DNA of 64,000 nucleotides from an uncultured SAR86 cluster bacterium (GCA_902626385.1 CACOEZ010000003.1:53148-117147); one strand, 5' to 3'. Positions 20,485 to 30,379 are shown, counted from the stretch's first letter. Notes: generated by a model not told the origin, from the sequence alone. Made by a program: numbers and translations.

Positions 20485-21222
20485 ATGATAATAGCTAACT
20501 GGAAATGTAATGGATCAAAGAAAATGATTCATGAGTGGGTGAAAGAATTTAAAGGTACATATATTTCATCTGATGAGTTATATCTTGGTATTGCACCTGC
20601 ATATATTCATGTAGAATACTTGGCTGATTCTTTAACTTCCAATGATTTAGATATCAAATATGGTGTTCAAAATGTTGACCTTTCTAGTGGAGCAAGAACT
20701 GGTGCTATTTCTCTTGATATGGTTCACGATATGGCATGTAGTTTTTCATTAATTGGGCATTCCGAGATGAGAAATATATATGGTGAAACAAATGAAAACA
20801 TTTCTGGAAAATTAGATTTAATCGATAAAGGTTTAGATGTTATTTTGTGTATAGGTGAGTCAGCTGAAGAAAATCATAATAGCAAAACAAAAGAAGTTCT
20901 CAAAAATCAACTCCAGGTTTTAAAAGGTAGAAATCTTGCTGAGAATTTTACTATCGCATATGAACCAGTTTGGGCAATCGGTACTGGCCAAACACCAACA
21001 TCAGAACAAATAAATGAAATTCATAATTTTATAAAAGATGTTGTACAATCCTCATCTGGTAGCAACGCAGTGCCAAAAGTTTTATACGGAGGTAGCGTAG
21101 ATGAGAATAATGCTCAAAGTTTCTTTAACGAAGATTTTGTTGATGGAGCATTAATAGGTGGAGCTTCATTAAATGGAAACAGCTTTGCTAAAATTGTAAA
21201 TTTATACAATGGTGTGGATTAG
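20485..21222 (+). CDS. tpiA: triosephosphate isomerase
   Basis: Motifs NWKCNG, AYEPVWAIGTG and YGGSV. Confidence 0.93.
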   Translation: MIIANWKCNGSKKMIHEWVKEFKGTYISSDELYLGIAPAYIHVEYLADSLTSNDLDIKYGVQNVDLSSGARTGAISLDMVHDMACSFSLIGHSEMRNIYGETNENISGKLDLIDKGLDVILCIGESAEENHNSKTKEVLKNQLQVLKGRNLAENFTIAYEPVWAIGTGQTPTSEQINEIHNFIKDVVQSSSGSNAVPKVLYGGSVDENNAQSFFNEDFVDGALIGGASLNGNSFAKIVNLYNGVD

Positions 21223-21534
21223 ATGATTATATTTATAAAAGTATTATGCATTTTACTAGCGGTTGTAATTATCGCTCTGGTTCTTTTGCAACAAGGTAAA
21301 GGTTCCGATCTTGGTTCTGCTTTTGGAGGTGGTTCATCTAATTCTATGTTTGGTGCTTTAGGACCATCAGATTTTTTAGGTAAGTTAACAAAATATATTG
21401 TTGCTATATGGTTAATTTTGTCCCTGTTGTTAGCATATCTGTATAAGACGGAAAATTCTGCTGTAATTTTTGATGAGCCTCTTATTGAGCAAGCTGTTGA
21501 AGAGGGCCTCTCCGACGAAATACCCGTAGATTAA
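21223..21534 (+). CDS. secG: preprotein translocase subunit SecG
   Basis: 103-aa ORF with two TM helices and the motif LLQQGKGSDLGSAFGGG. Confidence 0.88.
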   Translation: MIIFIKVLCILLAVVIIALVLLQQGKGSDLGSAFGGGSSNSMFGALGPSDFLGKLTKYIVAIWLILSLLLAYLYKTENSAVIFDEPLIEQAVEEGLSDEIPVD

Positions 21535-21541
21535 TTTTAAA

Positions 21542-21628
21542 TGGTGCCGAAGGCGGGACTTGAACCCGCACGAGTTTTCACTCACTAGCCCCTCAAGCTA
21601 GCGTGTCTACCAATTCCACCACTTCGGC
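21542..21628 (-). tRNA. leuU: tRNA-Leu (anticodon GAG), class II, CCA encoded
   Basis: The reverse complement GCCGAAGTGGTGGAATTGGTAGACACGCTAGCTTGAGGGGCTAG...GGTTCAAGTCCCGCCTTCGGCACCA folds as a cloverleaf with a long variable arm and a TTGAGGG anticodon loop. Confidence 0.9.
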
Positions 21629-21638
21629 AAGGAACGAA

Positions 21639-21647
21639 ATTATAGCA
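21639..21647 (-). promoter_or_regulatory. putative extended -10 promoter (TGCTATAAT) for tRNA-Leu
   Basis: The reverse complement of 21639-21647 is TGCTATAAT. It lies 10 nt upstream of the mature tRNA 5' end. Confidence 0.5.
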
Positions 21648-21677
21648 ATATTATCTTTGTTCTTGTTCAAAATAAAC

Positions 21678-21706
21678 TTGACCTAATTGAGTTACTTTCT
21701 TACACT
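21678..21706 (+). promoter_or_regulatory. sigma70 promoter of the tRNA-fMet/rimP-nusA-infB operon
   Basis: TTGACC (21678-83), a 17-nt spacer and TACACT (21701-06). A G+C-rich discriminator (CGCTGCG) follows, and the tRNA starts 15 nt after the -10. Confidence 0.6.
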
Positions 21707-21721
21707 TCATGTTCGCTGCGT

Positions 21722-21798
<77 letters not shown>

Positions 21799-21816
21799 CA
21801 GTTAAATATTTTTTGT

Positions 21817-21836
21817 GGGGCTAATGCCCTTTTTTT
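21817..21836 (+). terminator. weak hairpin plus T7 run after tRNA-fMet (possible partial terminator/attenuator)
   Basis: GGGC-TAAT-GCCC (4-5 bp) is followed by TTTTTTT. It is analogous to the leaky terminator after metY in E. coli. The stem is short. Confidence 0.3.
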
Positions 21837-21847
21837 GTATAAGAAAG

Positions 21848-22330
21848 ATGTATAAAGAAGAGATTGAAAAGATAATTATTCCAGTAATCGTGAGGAATAA
21901 CTGTTTTTTATGGGGAACAGAAATTTTAAGAGGTAGAAAGAATACCACATTGAGAATTTTTATTGATTCTGAAAAAGGTGTTGATATTAATGATTGTGAA
22001 AATATTTCGAAAGATCTCAATTATGAACCAACTTTGGACCTAAATTTTGGTGAGGATTATGTATTAGAAGTTTCGACACCAGGATTAGACAGGAAATTTT
22101 TTGATATTAATCAGTTAAAAGACTATATTGGCGAAGAATTATCATTAAAATCTAAGGAACTATTATTTGGAAAAAGAAATTTTACAGGCACTTTATTGGA
22201 TTTTAGTGGTAAAAATTTTAAGCTAGATGTAAATGGTAAAACTATTAAGTTTAATTTTGATGATACTGATTTTTGTAGATTGAAACCAAATTTTAATGAA
22301 ATTATGAAGGAAAATAGCTATGCAAAGTAA
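21848..22330 (+). CDS. rimP: ribosome maturation factor RimP
   Basis: It sits in the position before nusA and contains the motif LEVSTPGLDR. I prefer the ATG at 21848, because the track ORF start (GTG 21815) overlaps the hairpin/T-run. Confidence 0.85.
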   Translation: MYKEEIEKIIIPVIVRNNCFLWGTEILRGRKNTTLRIFIDSEKGVDINDCENISKDLNYEPTLDLNFGEDYVLEVSTPGLDRKFFDINQLKDYIGEELSLKSKELLFGKRNFTGTLLDFSGKNFKLDVNGKTIKFNFDDTDFCRLKPNFNEIMKENSYAK

Positions 22331-23780
22331 TGAAATTTTAGCAGTTGTTGATTCAGTTTCTACTGAAAAGGGACTCGAAAAAGATGTGATTTTTAAAGCA
22401 ATTGAAGTTGCTATTGCATCAGCATCACAAAGACATTTTCATGAAGATGCAGATTTGTTTGTAACAATTGATAGAGATACTGGCAAATATTCTACACATA
22501 GAAACTGGATAGTTTTTGATAAAGATAATGAAGAGTTTCACCATGAGACACACGTTACGTCTGACGATTCGGGACTACAGCTTGATGATATTTATACTGT
22601 TAAACAAGAAAATGTTGTATTTGGAAGAATAGAAACACAAGCTGCTAGGCAAGTCATGCTTCAAAAAGTTCGAGAAGCCGAAAGAGAAAAAATTGTTGAA
22701 CAATTTAGAACACAGAATAATAAACTTGTTTCAGGATCTGTTAAGAGAGTAACAAGAGATAACATAATAGTTGATATCACTCATGAAGCAGAAGCTCTGC
22801 TGCCTCGAGATAAGTTAATGCCAGGTGAAATCTATAAAATAAACGACAGAATAAGAGCAATTCTTCAAATTGTAGAAGTTGAGGGAAGAGGCCCCCAATT
22901 AATGTTAAACAGATCATGTCCTGAAATGGTTACAGAATTATTTAGTATCGAAGTGCCCGAAATAAATGAGGATGTTATTGAAATCAGAGGAGTAGCTAGA
23001 GATGCTGGCTCTAGGTCAAAAATTGCAGTAAAGACTAATGATGGCAGAATAGATCCTGTTGGAGCCTGTGTTGGAATGAGAGGCTCCAGAGTTCAAGCTG
23101 TTTCATCTGAGTTAGGAAATGAAAGGATAGATATAATTATTTATGATGATAATCCTGCACAATTGGTCATCAATGCTTTATCGCCTGCAAAGGTTGAATC
23201 CATTGTAATGGATGAAGATTCAAGATCAATGGATATTGCTGTGAATGAAGATAATTTAGCACTTGCAATCGGATCGAGGGGACAAAATATTAGGCTTGCT
23301 TCTAAATTGGTAGGGTGGGATTTGAATATTATTTCGAACGAAGAAGCTGAAGCAAAAATAAAAGTTGATGAAACAGAATTTCTGGCAAAAATTATCGACA
23401 GTCTCAACGTTTCAGATGATATCGCAGAGCAAATATCGTCTCTAGGTATGACTACTTTTGATGATATAGCCTATGCAGAAAATACTGTTTTCAGTAAATT
23501 TATTGATTCTGAAGAAGAAATTGAAAGAATTAAGACTGCAGCAGAAGATGCAGCTCTTTTAGAAGCTATGGGAGCTGTTACCGAAGAAGAGGATAATATT
23601 GAATCTTTATCTGACTTAAATTTAGATGAAGATAATATCTCGAAGCTATCAAACAAAGGCATTAAAAATAAGGATGATTTAGCAGAGTTATCAATTGACG
23701 AATTACAAGAAATTATTGATATCTCAGAAGAGGATGCATCTGCAATGATAATGAAAGCAAGGGAACATTGGTTTAATTAG
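22320..23780 (+). CDS. nusA: transcription termination/antitermination factor NusA
   Basis: The N-terminus MQSNEILAVVDSVSTEKGL matches the NusA consensus, and S1 and KH regions are present. Confidence 0.95.
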   Translation: MQSNEILAVVDSVSTEKGLEKDVIFKAIEVAIASASQRHFHEDADLFVTIDRDTGKYSTHRNWIVFDKDNEEFHHETHVTSDDSGLQLDDIYTVKQENVVFGRIETQAARQVMLQKVREAEREKIVEQFRTQNNKLVSGSVKRVTRDNIIVDITHEAEALLPRDKLMPGEIYKINDRIRAILQIVEVEGRGPQLMLNRSCPEMVTELFSIEVPEINEDVIEIRGVARDAGSRSKIAVKTNDGRIDPVGACVGMRGSRVQAVSSELGNERIDIIIYDDNPAQLVINALSPAKVESIVMDEDSRSMDIAVNEDNLALAIGSRGQNIRLASKLVGWDLNIISNEEAEAKIKVDETEFLAKIIDSLNVSDDIAEQISSLGMTTFDDIAYAENTVFSKFIDSEEEIERIKTAAEDAALLEAMGAVTEEEDNIESLSDLNLDEDNISKLSNKGIKNKDDLAELSIDELQEIIDISEEDASAMIMKAREHWFN

Positions 23781-23788
23781 GAGATAAA

Positions 23789-26050
23789 TTGGGTATCACA
23801 GTAAAAGATTTTGCAAAAACTCTAAAAATAGCTGATAAGGCTCTAATAGAGCGCATGCAAAAGGCTGGTCTCAGTCATTCAAAATCTTCTGATGAGGTAA
23901 CACCAAAAGATAAACAGGCATTATTAAAATTTCTCAAGGGTGCTAAAACTACTGCATCTAAATCTGTAACTTCTGAGTCAGGAGTCAAAGTAACCTCAAG
24001 AGGAAAATCTTCTTCAACAACTTCATCTAGCAAGAGTTACTCTGACAATATAGAAGCCAAGAGAGCAGCAGCATCAGAACAACTCAAAGAGCAACAAATA
24101 AAAAGAGAAGAGCAATTAAAGGCTGCAGTTAAGCAAAAGCAAGAAATAAAAAAAGCAAAATCTAAAAAAATACAACAAACTTCAGAAAAGCCTGTTGATG
24201 TGAAAGATCAATTATCAAGTGCAGTTAATGCATATAAGAAAAAAGAAGTAATTTTTGAGGAATCACAACATCAATTTGAAGCTCCAAAAGAATTTATTAA
24301 AAAAGACATTGAGATACCAGAGACCATCCAAGTTGGTGATTTAGCAAAATCAATGGCTGTAAAAGGCGGAGAAGTTGTTAAGAACTTAATGAGCCTTGGT
24401 GTCGTAGCAACAATAAATGATTTTATCGATCAAGAAACTGCAATATTAGTTGTTGAAGAGATTGGACATAACGGAATTGCTATTAAAGAAGAAAATATCG
24501 AAGAGGATTTGGCAAATTTAATAAAATATAAGGATAAACCAAAATCTCGACCACCTGTTATTACTGTGATGGGACATGTTGATCATGGAAAGACAACTTT
24601 ATTGGATTTTATCAGAAAGACTAAGGTTGTTGATGGAGAAGCAGGGGGAATAACACAACATATTGGTGCATATCAGGTCGAAACTTCAAAAGGCACATTA
24701 ACCTTTATTGATACGCCTGGTCATGCTGCTTTTTCATCGATGAGGGCTAGAGGTGCAAATACTACTGATATTGTAGTTCTTGTAGTAGCTGCAAACGATG
24801 GAATAAAACCTCAAACAGAAGAAGCTATCAATCATGCAAAAGCTGCAGGAGTGTCAATAGTTGTTGCAATAAATAAAATCGACTTAGATGGAGCTGATAT
24901 TGATAAAGTTAAAGGTGACTTGGCTGCAAAAGATCTGACACCTGAAGATTGGGGCGGAAATATTCAGATGGTACCAGTATCGGCCCTCAAGGGTGACGGC
25001 GTTGATGATTTATTAGAGAGAATTTCTTTAGAGGCTGAAATTTTAGAACTTCAAGCTCACTACGATGGCGCTGCTCAAGGCGTTGTTATCGAATCAGAAC
25101 TAGATAAGTTCAGAGGATCAGTTGCAACATTCTTGATTCAAAATGGTACTTTGAAAGTTGGAGATTTGGTAGTGTCCGGAAATGCAATTGGAAAAATTAA
25201 AAGCATTGTAGACAGTGATGGTCAAAAAATTAAAATTGCTGGACCTTCTGCCGCAGTTGAAGTTTTGGGCTTGAATTCTGTACCAAATGCGGGAGATCAA
25301 TTTCAAGTTGTTAAAAATGAAAAACAGGCAAGAGAAATAGTAGAATTTAGAGAAAATAAAGAAAAAGAAAAAAAACTTCTAAAACAAAAAGATGAATCTG
25401 CTGGAGATCTCTTTGAAACACTTGGTCAAGAGGCTAAAAAAGTTCTAAATGTTATTGTTAAAACAGATGTTGGAGGAACCTGTGAAGCAATTCTAGCTGC
25501 ACTTAATGATCTAGGCACCGATAAAGCGAAAGTAAAAATCGTATCAAGTGGTGTCGGAGGTATTAGCGAATCGGATGCAAATTTAGCGGTAGCAGTTGAT
25601 TCGATAATAATTGGCTTTAATGTAAGGGCAGACAATACTGCAAAAAAAATTATCGAATCAGAGTCAATACCTTTGAGTTATCACAGTATTATTTATGAAC
25701 TTCTTGATGATGTAAAAGCTAGAATGAGTGGTTTATTAGACCCAATTGTAAAAGAGGTTATAGTTGGAACTGCCGAAGTTCTCGAAGTATTTAATTCACC
25801 AAAATTTGGTCAAGTTGCAGGTTGTAACGTTGTTGAAGGGAACGTATTAAGAAATAAACCGGTGAGGGTATTGAGAGACGAAATTGTGATTTTTGAGGGT
25901 GAGCTAAACTCTCTCAGAAGATTCAAAGAAGATGTCAATGAAGTTAAAAATGGAAACGAATGTGGAATGGGTATTAAAAACTATAAAGATATTAAACCTG
26001 GCGATAAGATTGAAGTTTTTGACAGAAAGGAAGAGGCTCAGGAAATATAG
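23789..26050 (+). CDS. infB: translation initiation factor IF-2
   Basis: G-domain motifs GHVDHGKTTLLD, DTPGH and NKID. A TTG start is preceded by AGGAGA (23779-84). Confidence 0.97.
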   Translation: MGITVKDFAKTLKIADKALIERMQKAGLSHSKSSDEVTPKDKQALLKFLKGAKTTASKSVTSESGVKVTSRGKSSSTTSSSKSYSDNIEAKRAAASEQLKEQQIKREEQLKAAVKQKQEIKKAKSKKIQQTSEKPVDVKDQLSSAVNAYKKKEVIFEESQHQFEAPKEFIKKDIEIPETIQVGDLAKSMAVKGGEVVKNLMSLGVVATINDFIDQETAILVVEEIGHNGIAIKEENIEEDLANLIKYKDKPKSRPPVITVMGHVDHGKTTLLDFIRKTKVVDGEAGGITQHIGAYQVETSKGTLTFIDTPGHAAFSSMRARGANTTDIVVLVVAANDGIKPQTEEAINHAKAAGVSIVVAINKIDLDGADIDKVKGDLAAKDLTPEDWGGNIQMVPVSALKGDGVDDLLERISLEAEILELQAHYDGAAQGVVIESELDKFRGSVATFLIQNGTLKVGDLVVSGNAIGKIKSIVDSDGQKIKIAGPSAAVEVLGLNSVPNAGDQFQVVKNEKQAREIVEFRENKEKEKKLLKQKDESAGDLFETLGQEAKKVLNVIVKTDVGGTCEAILAALNDLGTDKAKVKIVSSGVGGISESDANLAVAVDSIIIGFNVRADNTAKKIIESESIPLSYHSIIYELLDDVKARMSGLLDPIVKEVIVGTAEVLEVFNSPKFGQVAGCNVVEGNVLRNKPVRVLRDEIVIFEGELNSLRRFKEDVNEVKNGNECGMGIKNYKDIKPGDKIEVFDRKEEAQEI

Positions 26051-26055
26051 AATAA

Positions 26056-26403
26056 ATGTCTTCTAATAGATCTGAGAAAATTGCAGATTTACTCAAAAGA
26101 GAAGTGTCATTGATCTTGTCTAAGGAAGTAAAGGATCCAAGATTACAAAACATAAATATTACAGCAGTTAAGGTAACTGATGATATAGGCATAGCCTATC
26201 TTTATTACACAGTTATTGGAAAATCAATTAAAAAAAGTGATAGCAAAATTGAGAGCAGCATCTTATTAAAACTATCTGGAATGATAAGGTCTAAGTTATC
26301 TAAAATTATCGAGATTAGGAGAGTTCCCAAGATAATATTTAAATTCGATGAAAGCATTGAATACAGTGAAAATATAGAAAAACTTTTAAACAATCTCAAA
26401 TAA
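26056..26403 (+). CDS. rbfA: ribosome-binding factor A
   Basis: 115-aa ORF in the canonical position between infB and truB, with an RbfA-like N-terminus (R..KIADLLKREVS.IL). Confidence 0.9.
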   Translation: MSSNRSEKIADLLKREVSLILSKEVKDPRLQNINITAVKVTDDIGIAYLYYTVIGKSIKKSDSKIESSILLKLSGMIRSKLSKIIEIRRVPKIIFKFDESIEYSENIEKLLNNLK

Positions 26404-26404
26404 A

Positions 26405-27244
26405 ATGAATGGTTTTTTGCTCGTAAATAAGGAATCAGGCCTGTCATCAAATCAGATAGTACAAAAAGTAAAGAATAAATTCTCTTTTAAAAAAGTTGGT
26501 CATCTAGGAACATTAGATCCTGCTGCAGAGGGCTTGCTTATTCTAGCAATTAACAGAGCTACAAAATTTTCAAGTTATTTTTTAAACTCTGATAAATCTT
26601 ATTTTGTAAAGGTTGAACTTGGTATTTCAACAAACACCGATGACGCAACAGGAGAGGTAATTGCAAAATCAGAAGTACAATGCTCCAGTGAGGATGTAAA
26701 AAGAGCAGTTAATAATTTTCTGGGAAAGTCTCTTCAAAAGCCTCCATATTACTCTGCTTTAAAATTTAAAGGTAAGCCTTTGTACAAATATGCAAGAAAA
26801 GGCAAATTCATTGATAAAGAACCACGCAAAATTGAAATTAAAGAGATTCGGAATATTATTTATAAAAATAAAATATGCTCATTTGAGTTATCTTGCTCAA
26901 AGGGAACATATATTAGATCGATAGCAAGAGATTTAGGTGAAAATCTAGGTTGCGGCGGACACATGATTTCTTTAAAGAGGTTATCACAACACAATTTTAA
27001 TATTAAGGATTCTAAAATTTTTGAAAATCTTTCTGAGAATCAATTAATTTCAATAGATGATGCATTCACAGAATATGAAAAACTTACACTAACTAAGGAT
27101 AATTCAAAAATTTTTCAAAATGGAGGAAAGCTAAGAGTTAACATTGAGCCCAAAAATATTCTAAGAGTATATAACCAATTTAAAGAATTTATTGGCCTGG
27201 GAGAAGTTACCGAGGGTAGCTTAAAGCATAAACAACTTGTTTAA
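26405..27244 (+). CDS. truB: tRNA pseudouridine(55) synthase
   Basis: Catalytic motif GHLGTLDPAAEGLL. Confidence 0.93.
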   Translation: MNGFLLVNKESGLSSNQIVQKVKNKFSFKKVGHLGTLDPAAEGLLILAINRATKFSSYFLNSDKSYFVKVELGISTNTDDATGEVIAKSEVQCSSEDVKRAVNNFLGKSLQKPPYYSALKFKGKPLYKYARKGKFIDKEPRKIEIKEIRNIIYKNKICSFELSCSKGTYIRSIARDLGENLGCGGHMISLKRLSQHNFNIKDSKIFENLSENQLISIDDAFTEYEKLTLTKDNSKIFQNGGKLRVNIEPKNILRVYNQFKEFIGLGEVTEGSLKHKQLV

Positions 27245-27257
27245 AGTGTTAATAAGT

Positions 27258-27263
27258 TATAAT
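27258..27263 (+). promoter_or_regulatory. putative -10 (TATAAT) of an rpsO promoter
   Basis: GTTATAAT sits in the 86-nt truB-rpsO spacer. The -35 is poor. Confidence 0.35.
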
Positions 27264-27330
27264 ATTCGCACGCTTACTTTAGTAATGTGAGGTTTGCAGA
27301 ATTCATATACAACATTACGAGGATAAAAAT

Positions 27331-27600
27331 ATGGCATTATTAACTGAAGAAAAAGCTAGTATAGTCGAGAAATATAAAAGAAATGAGGGCGATACTGGAT
27401 CGCCAGAAGTGCAAATTGCACTTTTAACAGAAAATATTAATAAACTTCAAAGTCATTTTAAAAGTCACAACAAAGACCATCACTCCAGAGCTGGTTTAAT
27501 AAGGATGGTTAATCTTAGAAGAAAATTATTAGCATATCTTAAAAGAAAAGATGCTGATAGTTATTCGGAGTTAGTCAAAAAACTCAATCTAAGAGGATAG
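27331..27600 (+). CDS. rpsO: 30S ribosomal protein S15
   Basis: 89-aa ORF with the motifs [14 protein letters not shown] and HHSRAGL. A GAGGA Shine-Dalgarno lies at 27319-23. Confidence 0.97.
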   Translation: MALLTEEKASIVEKYKRNEGDTGSPEVQIALLTENINKLQSHFKSHNKDHHSRAGLIRMVNLRRKLLAYLKRKDADSYSELVKKLNLRG

Positions 27601-27626
27601 CGTCATATACACTAAAAAGGAAAATC

Positions 27627-29723
27627 GTGGAAAATAATAAATTAGAATCTACACAAGTAGAATTTCAGTACGGAAATCAAACAGTAAAATTAGAAACAAA
27701 TAAAGTAGCCAGACAAGCAACAGCTGCAGTAATGGTAACTATAGGAGATCTAGTAGTTCTCACAACTGTAGTTGCAAAAAAAGAGGCTGATCCAAGCAAA
27801 GATTTTTTTCCATTAGCAGTTTTTTATCAAGAAAAATTTTATGCTACTGGAAGAATCCCAGGAGGATTTTTTAAAAGAGAAGCTAGACCTACAGAAAGAG
27901 AGACTCTTACATCAAGACTTATTGATAGACCGATAAGACCAATGTTTCCAGATCATTTCACCAATGAAATACAAATTTTTTGTACTGTCATGTCTTCAGA
28001 TAAAAAACAAAATCCTGACATTGCAGCTATGATTGGTGCATCTGCTGCTCTTTCAATTTCAGGTGTTCCATTTGATGGTCCGATGGGAGCAGCTCGCGTT
28101 GGATTTATAGATGGTGAATACGTTCTTAATCCAAATTTTGAGGAGTTAGATGATTCGTATTTAGATATGGTAGTTGCTGGAACAGATGATGCTGTTTTGA
28201 TGGTTGAATCCGAAGCAAAAGAGTTAAATGAAGATTTAATGCTTGGTGCAGTACTTTTTGGGCATCAAGAAATGAAAGCCGTTATAAATGCTTGCAATGA
28301 ATTAAAAGAAAAGACCGGTAACGAAATGTGGGATATTGAGATTCCTGAAGATCAGCATAGTTATTACCAAGATCTTGAAACAAACTTCAAGTCACAAATT
28401 TCAGAAGCTTTTAAAATATCAATTAAATCTGATCGTAATGAAGCTTTGAAGGAGATTAGAACTCAAATTCTAGAAAAATACGAAGAGCTTGAAGAGATGG
28501 AAATGGGAAAATTGATGGGAGATTTCAAGAAACTAGAGAAAGATATTGTTCGAGGAAATATTCTTAATAATCAACCAAGAATAGATGGAAGAGACCTAGA
28601 TACTGTCAGACCAATTTTTGTTGAAACAGATGTTTTACCTGGGTCTCACGGTTCAGCTCTGTTTACAAGGGGAGAGACTCAAGCAATAGTTGTTGCAACT
28701 CTTGGTTCCTCCAGAGATGCGCAAAGAATAGAATCAATTGAAGGAGAGGGAAGTGATAACTTTATGTTGCATTACAACTTTCCCGCATACAGTGTTGGTG
28801 AGATTGGAATGCCAATGGGTCCAAAGAGACGTGAAATTGGCCATGGAAATTTAGCAAAAAGAGCAATTAAGGCAGTATTACCTGATGTTGATGACTTTGG
28901 ATATACAATGCGAGTAGTTTCTGAAATTACAGAGTCTAATGGTTCTAGTTCAATGGCATCAGTGTGTGGAACCTCTTTGTCTTTAATGGATGCTGGAGTA
29001 CCCCTTTCAAGTCCTGTAGCAGGCATTGCAATGGGACTAATTAAAGAAGGCGAAGAATTTGCTGTTTTAACCGATATTTTAGGAGATGAAGATCATCTTG
29101 GTGATATGGACTTTAAAGTTGCTGGAACAGAATCAGGAATTACAGCCCTACAAATGGATATAAAGATATCTGGTATAAATGAGTCTATTATGGAAACGGC
29201 TCTAATTAAGGCTAAAGCTGCTAGAGATCATATTCTTGGTATCATGAACGAAGTTATATCAAAACCAAAAGAATTATCAGAGAATGCTCCTGCTATGAAG
29301 TCATTTATGGTTGACAAAGATAAGATTAAAGAAATTATTGGCAAAGGTGGAGCAGTTATAAAGTCAATGCAAGAAAAAACTGGAGCTACAGTTGACATCA
29401 ATGACGATGGTGTTGTTTCAGTCTTTGGTCAAAATCAGTCATCAATGCAAGAATGCTTAGCAATTATTGAGGAAATATTAGAAGAGCCTGAAATTAATAA
29501 AGTATATAAAGGCACTGTTGTTAAGATTGTTGAATTCGGTGCTTTCGTAAATATTTTACCGGGTAAAGATGGATTGCTTCATATTTCTGAGATATCTGAG
29601 GAGCGAACAGACGACGTTAATGATGTTCTAGAAGAAGGACAGGAAGTAGATGTCAAGCTCATAGGATTTGATAGGGGCAAAATGAAACTATCAATGAAAG
29701 CTTTAGCTGAAAATAAAGAATAA
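27627..29723 (+). CDS. pnp: polyribonucleotide nucleotidyltransferase (PNPase)
   Basis: 698-aa ORF with duplicated RNase PH domains, a KH domain and an S1 domain. It contains [29 protein letters not shown] start is preceded by an AAGGA Shine-Dalgarno. Confidence 0.97.
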   Translation: MENNKLESTQVEFQYGNQTVKLETNKVARQATAAVMVTIGDLVVLTTVVAKKEADPSKDFFPLAVFYQEKFYATGRIPGGFFKREARPTERETLTSRLIDRPIRPMFPDHFTNEIQIFCTVMSSDKKQNPDIAAMIGASAALSISGVPFDGPMGAARVGFIDGEYVLNPNFEELDDSYLDMVVAGTDDAVLMVESEAKELNEDLMLGAVLFGHQEMKAVINACNELKEKTGNEMWDIEIPEDQHSYYQDLETNFKSQISEAFKISIKSDRNEALKEIRTQILEKYEELEEMEMGKLMGDFKKLEKDIVRGNILNNQPRIDGRDLDTVRPIFVETDVLPGSHGSALFTRGETQAIVVATLGSSRDAQRIESIEGEGSDNFMLHYNFPAYSVGEIGMPMGPKRREIGHGNLAKRAIKAVLPDVDDFGYTMRVVSEITESNGSSSMASVCGTSLSLMDAGVPLSSPVAGIAMGLIKEGEEFAVLTDILGDEDHLGDMDFKVAGTESGITALQMDIKISGINESIMETALIKAKAARDHILGIMNEVISKPKELSENAPAMKSFMVDKDKIKEIIGKGGAVIKSMQEKTGATVDINDDGVVSVFGQNQSSMQECLAIIEEILEEPEINKVYKGTVVKIVEFGAFVNILPGKDGLLHISEISEERTDDVNDVLEEGQEVDVKLIGFDRGKMKLSMKALAENKE

Positions 29724-29753
29724 GTCTTCAAAAAGCTCATTTTTTCTCCCTAT

Positions 29754-29782
29754 TTGATAAATTTGTAAATGTCAAATATTGT
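29754..29782 (+). promoter_or_regulatory. putative sigma70 promoter upstream of the first small membrane protein gene
   Basis: TTGATA (29754-59), a 17-nt spacer and TATTGT (29777-82), within the 152-nt spacer after pnp. Confidence 0.35.
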
Positions 29783-29875
29783 GTCTAAATTTTGTTTACA
29801 TAATTTGATTCATAGCATTATTTATGTTCTCATTGTCCCTGCAAAACATAAAAAAACCTAATGGGGGGAAATATT

Positions 29876-30097
29876 ATGGATAATGCATTTAAAATGATAA
29901 AAGGCCTAGTTGCTGAATTAACTAGCGTCGTAATTGGACTTGCTGGTCTTGGCATCGTTGCTGCCATTGTATTTGGTGGTCCAGTTTTTGGTCTTGATGT
30001 CATTGGCGGTATCACAACTTTGGTTGAGGATTTATCATCTAGCGGTGTTGTAGGATTGCTTGTATTAGCAATTTTATATACCTTGGTTAATAAATAA
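29876..30097 (+). CDS. small hydrophobic protein, two predicted TM helices, unknown family (P1)
   Basis: The ORF reads MDNAFKMIKGLVAELTSVVIGLAGLGIVAAIVFGGPVFG...GVVGLLVLAILYTLVNK. A strong G-rich Shine-Dalgarno GGGGGGA (29863-69) lies 6 nt before the ATG at 29876. The track ORF begins at 29861. Confidence 0.6.
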   Translation: MDNAFKMIKGLVAELTSVVIGLAGLGIVAAIVFGGPVFGLDVIGGITTLVEDLSSSGVVGLLVLAILYTLVNK

Positions 30098-30109
30098 GCC
30101 GAATTTTAT

Positions 30110-30147
30110 AATTAGGAAGGGTGTATAACCCTTCCTAATTTTTATAT
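30110..30147. terminator. perfect 12-bp hairpin (7-nt loop) with flanking A/T runs; intrinsic-terminator-like
   Basis: AATTAGGAAGGG-TGTATAA-CCCTTCCTAATT (30110-30140) is followed by TTTATATT. It lies between the two small genes, and the stem ends 8 nt before the second ATG. Confidence 0.6.
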
Positions 30148-30148
30148 T

Positions 30149-30379
30149 ATGAATTTAAATACTTCTATAACTAAAGTTACGACTTTTCTAAATAAGTTAA
30201 CAAAATTATTGATACCTTTAGTGGCGGTATCTCTTCTTCTCGGTGTTATTTTTGGTCCTTCCACACCGTTTGTAGGCACAGTGTATAAAAATGTAACGGA
30301 TATTCTTCAAATGTTTGGAGAAGATGCCTTGCTCGCTTTTGTCTCAATACTTATCATCGCTCTTTATCTAAAGAAATAA
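30149..30379 (+). CDS. small hydrophobic protein, two predicted TM helices, distant paralog of P1 (P2)
   Basis: The ORF reads MNLNTSITKVTTFLNKLTKLLIPLVAVSLLLGVIFGPSTPF...ALLAFVSILIIALYLKK. It has the same architecture as P1 and shares local motifs with it. No Shine-Dalgarno is evident. Confidence 0.55.
   Translation: MNLNTSITKVTTFLNKLTKLLIPLVAVSLLLGVIFGPSTPFVGTVYKNVTDILQMFGEDALLAFVSILIIALYLKK

Noticed and set aside
29769-29861. A 30-codon ORF (MSNIVSKFCLHNLIHSIIYVLIVPAKHKKT) lies upstream of the first small membrane protein. Its TAA overlaps the ATG at 29861 (TAATG).
   Set aside because: By a rough estimate, an open frame of 30 codons has about a 10 percent chance of occurring in DNA of this composition. 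It has no Shine-Dalgarno. The better-supported P1 start is the ATG at 29876, which has a GGGGGGA Shine-Dalgarno. My candidate promoter would also start transcription downstream of this ORF's ATG.
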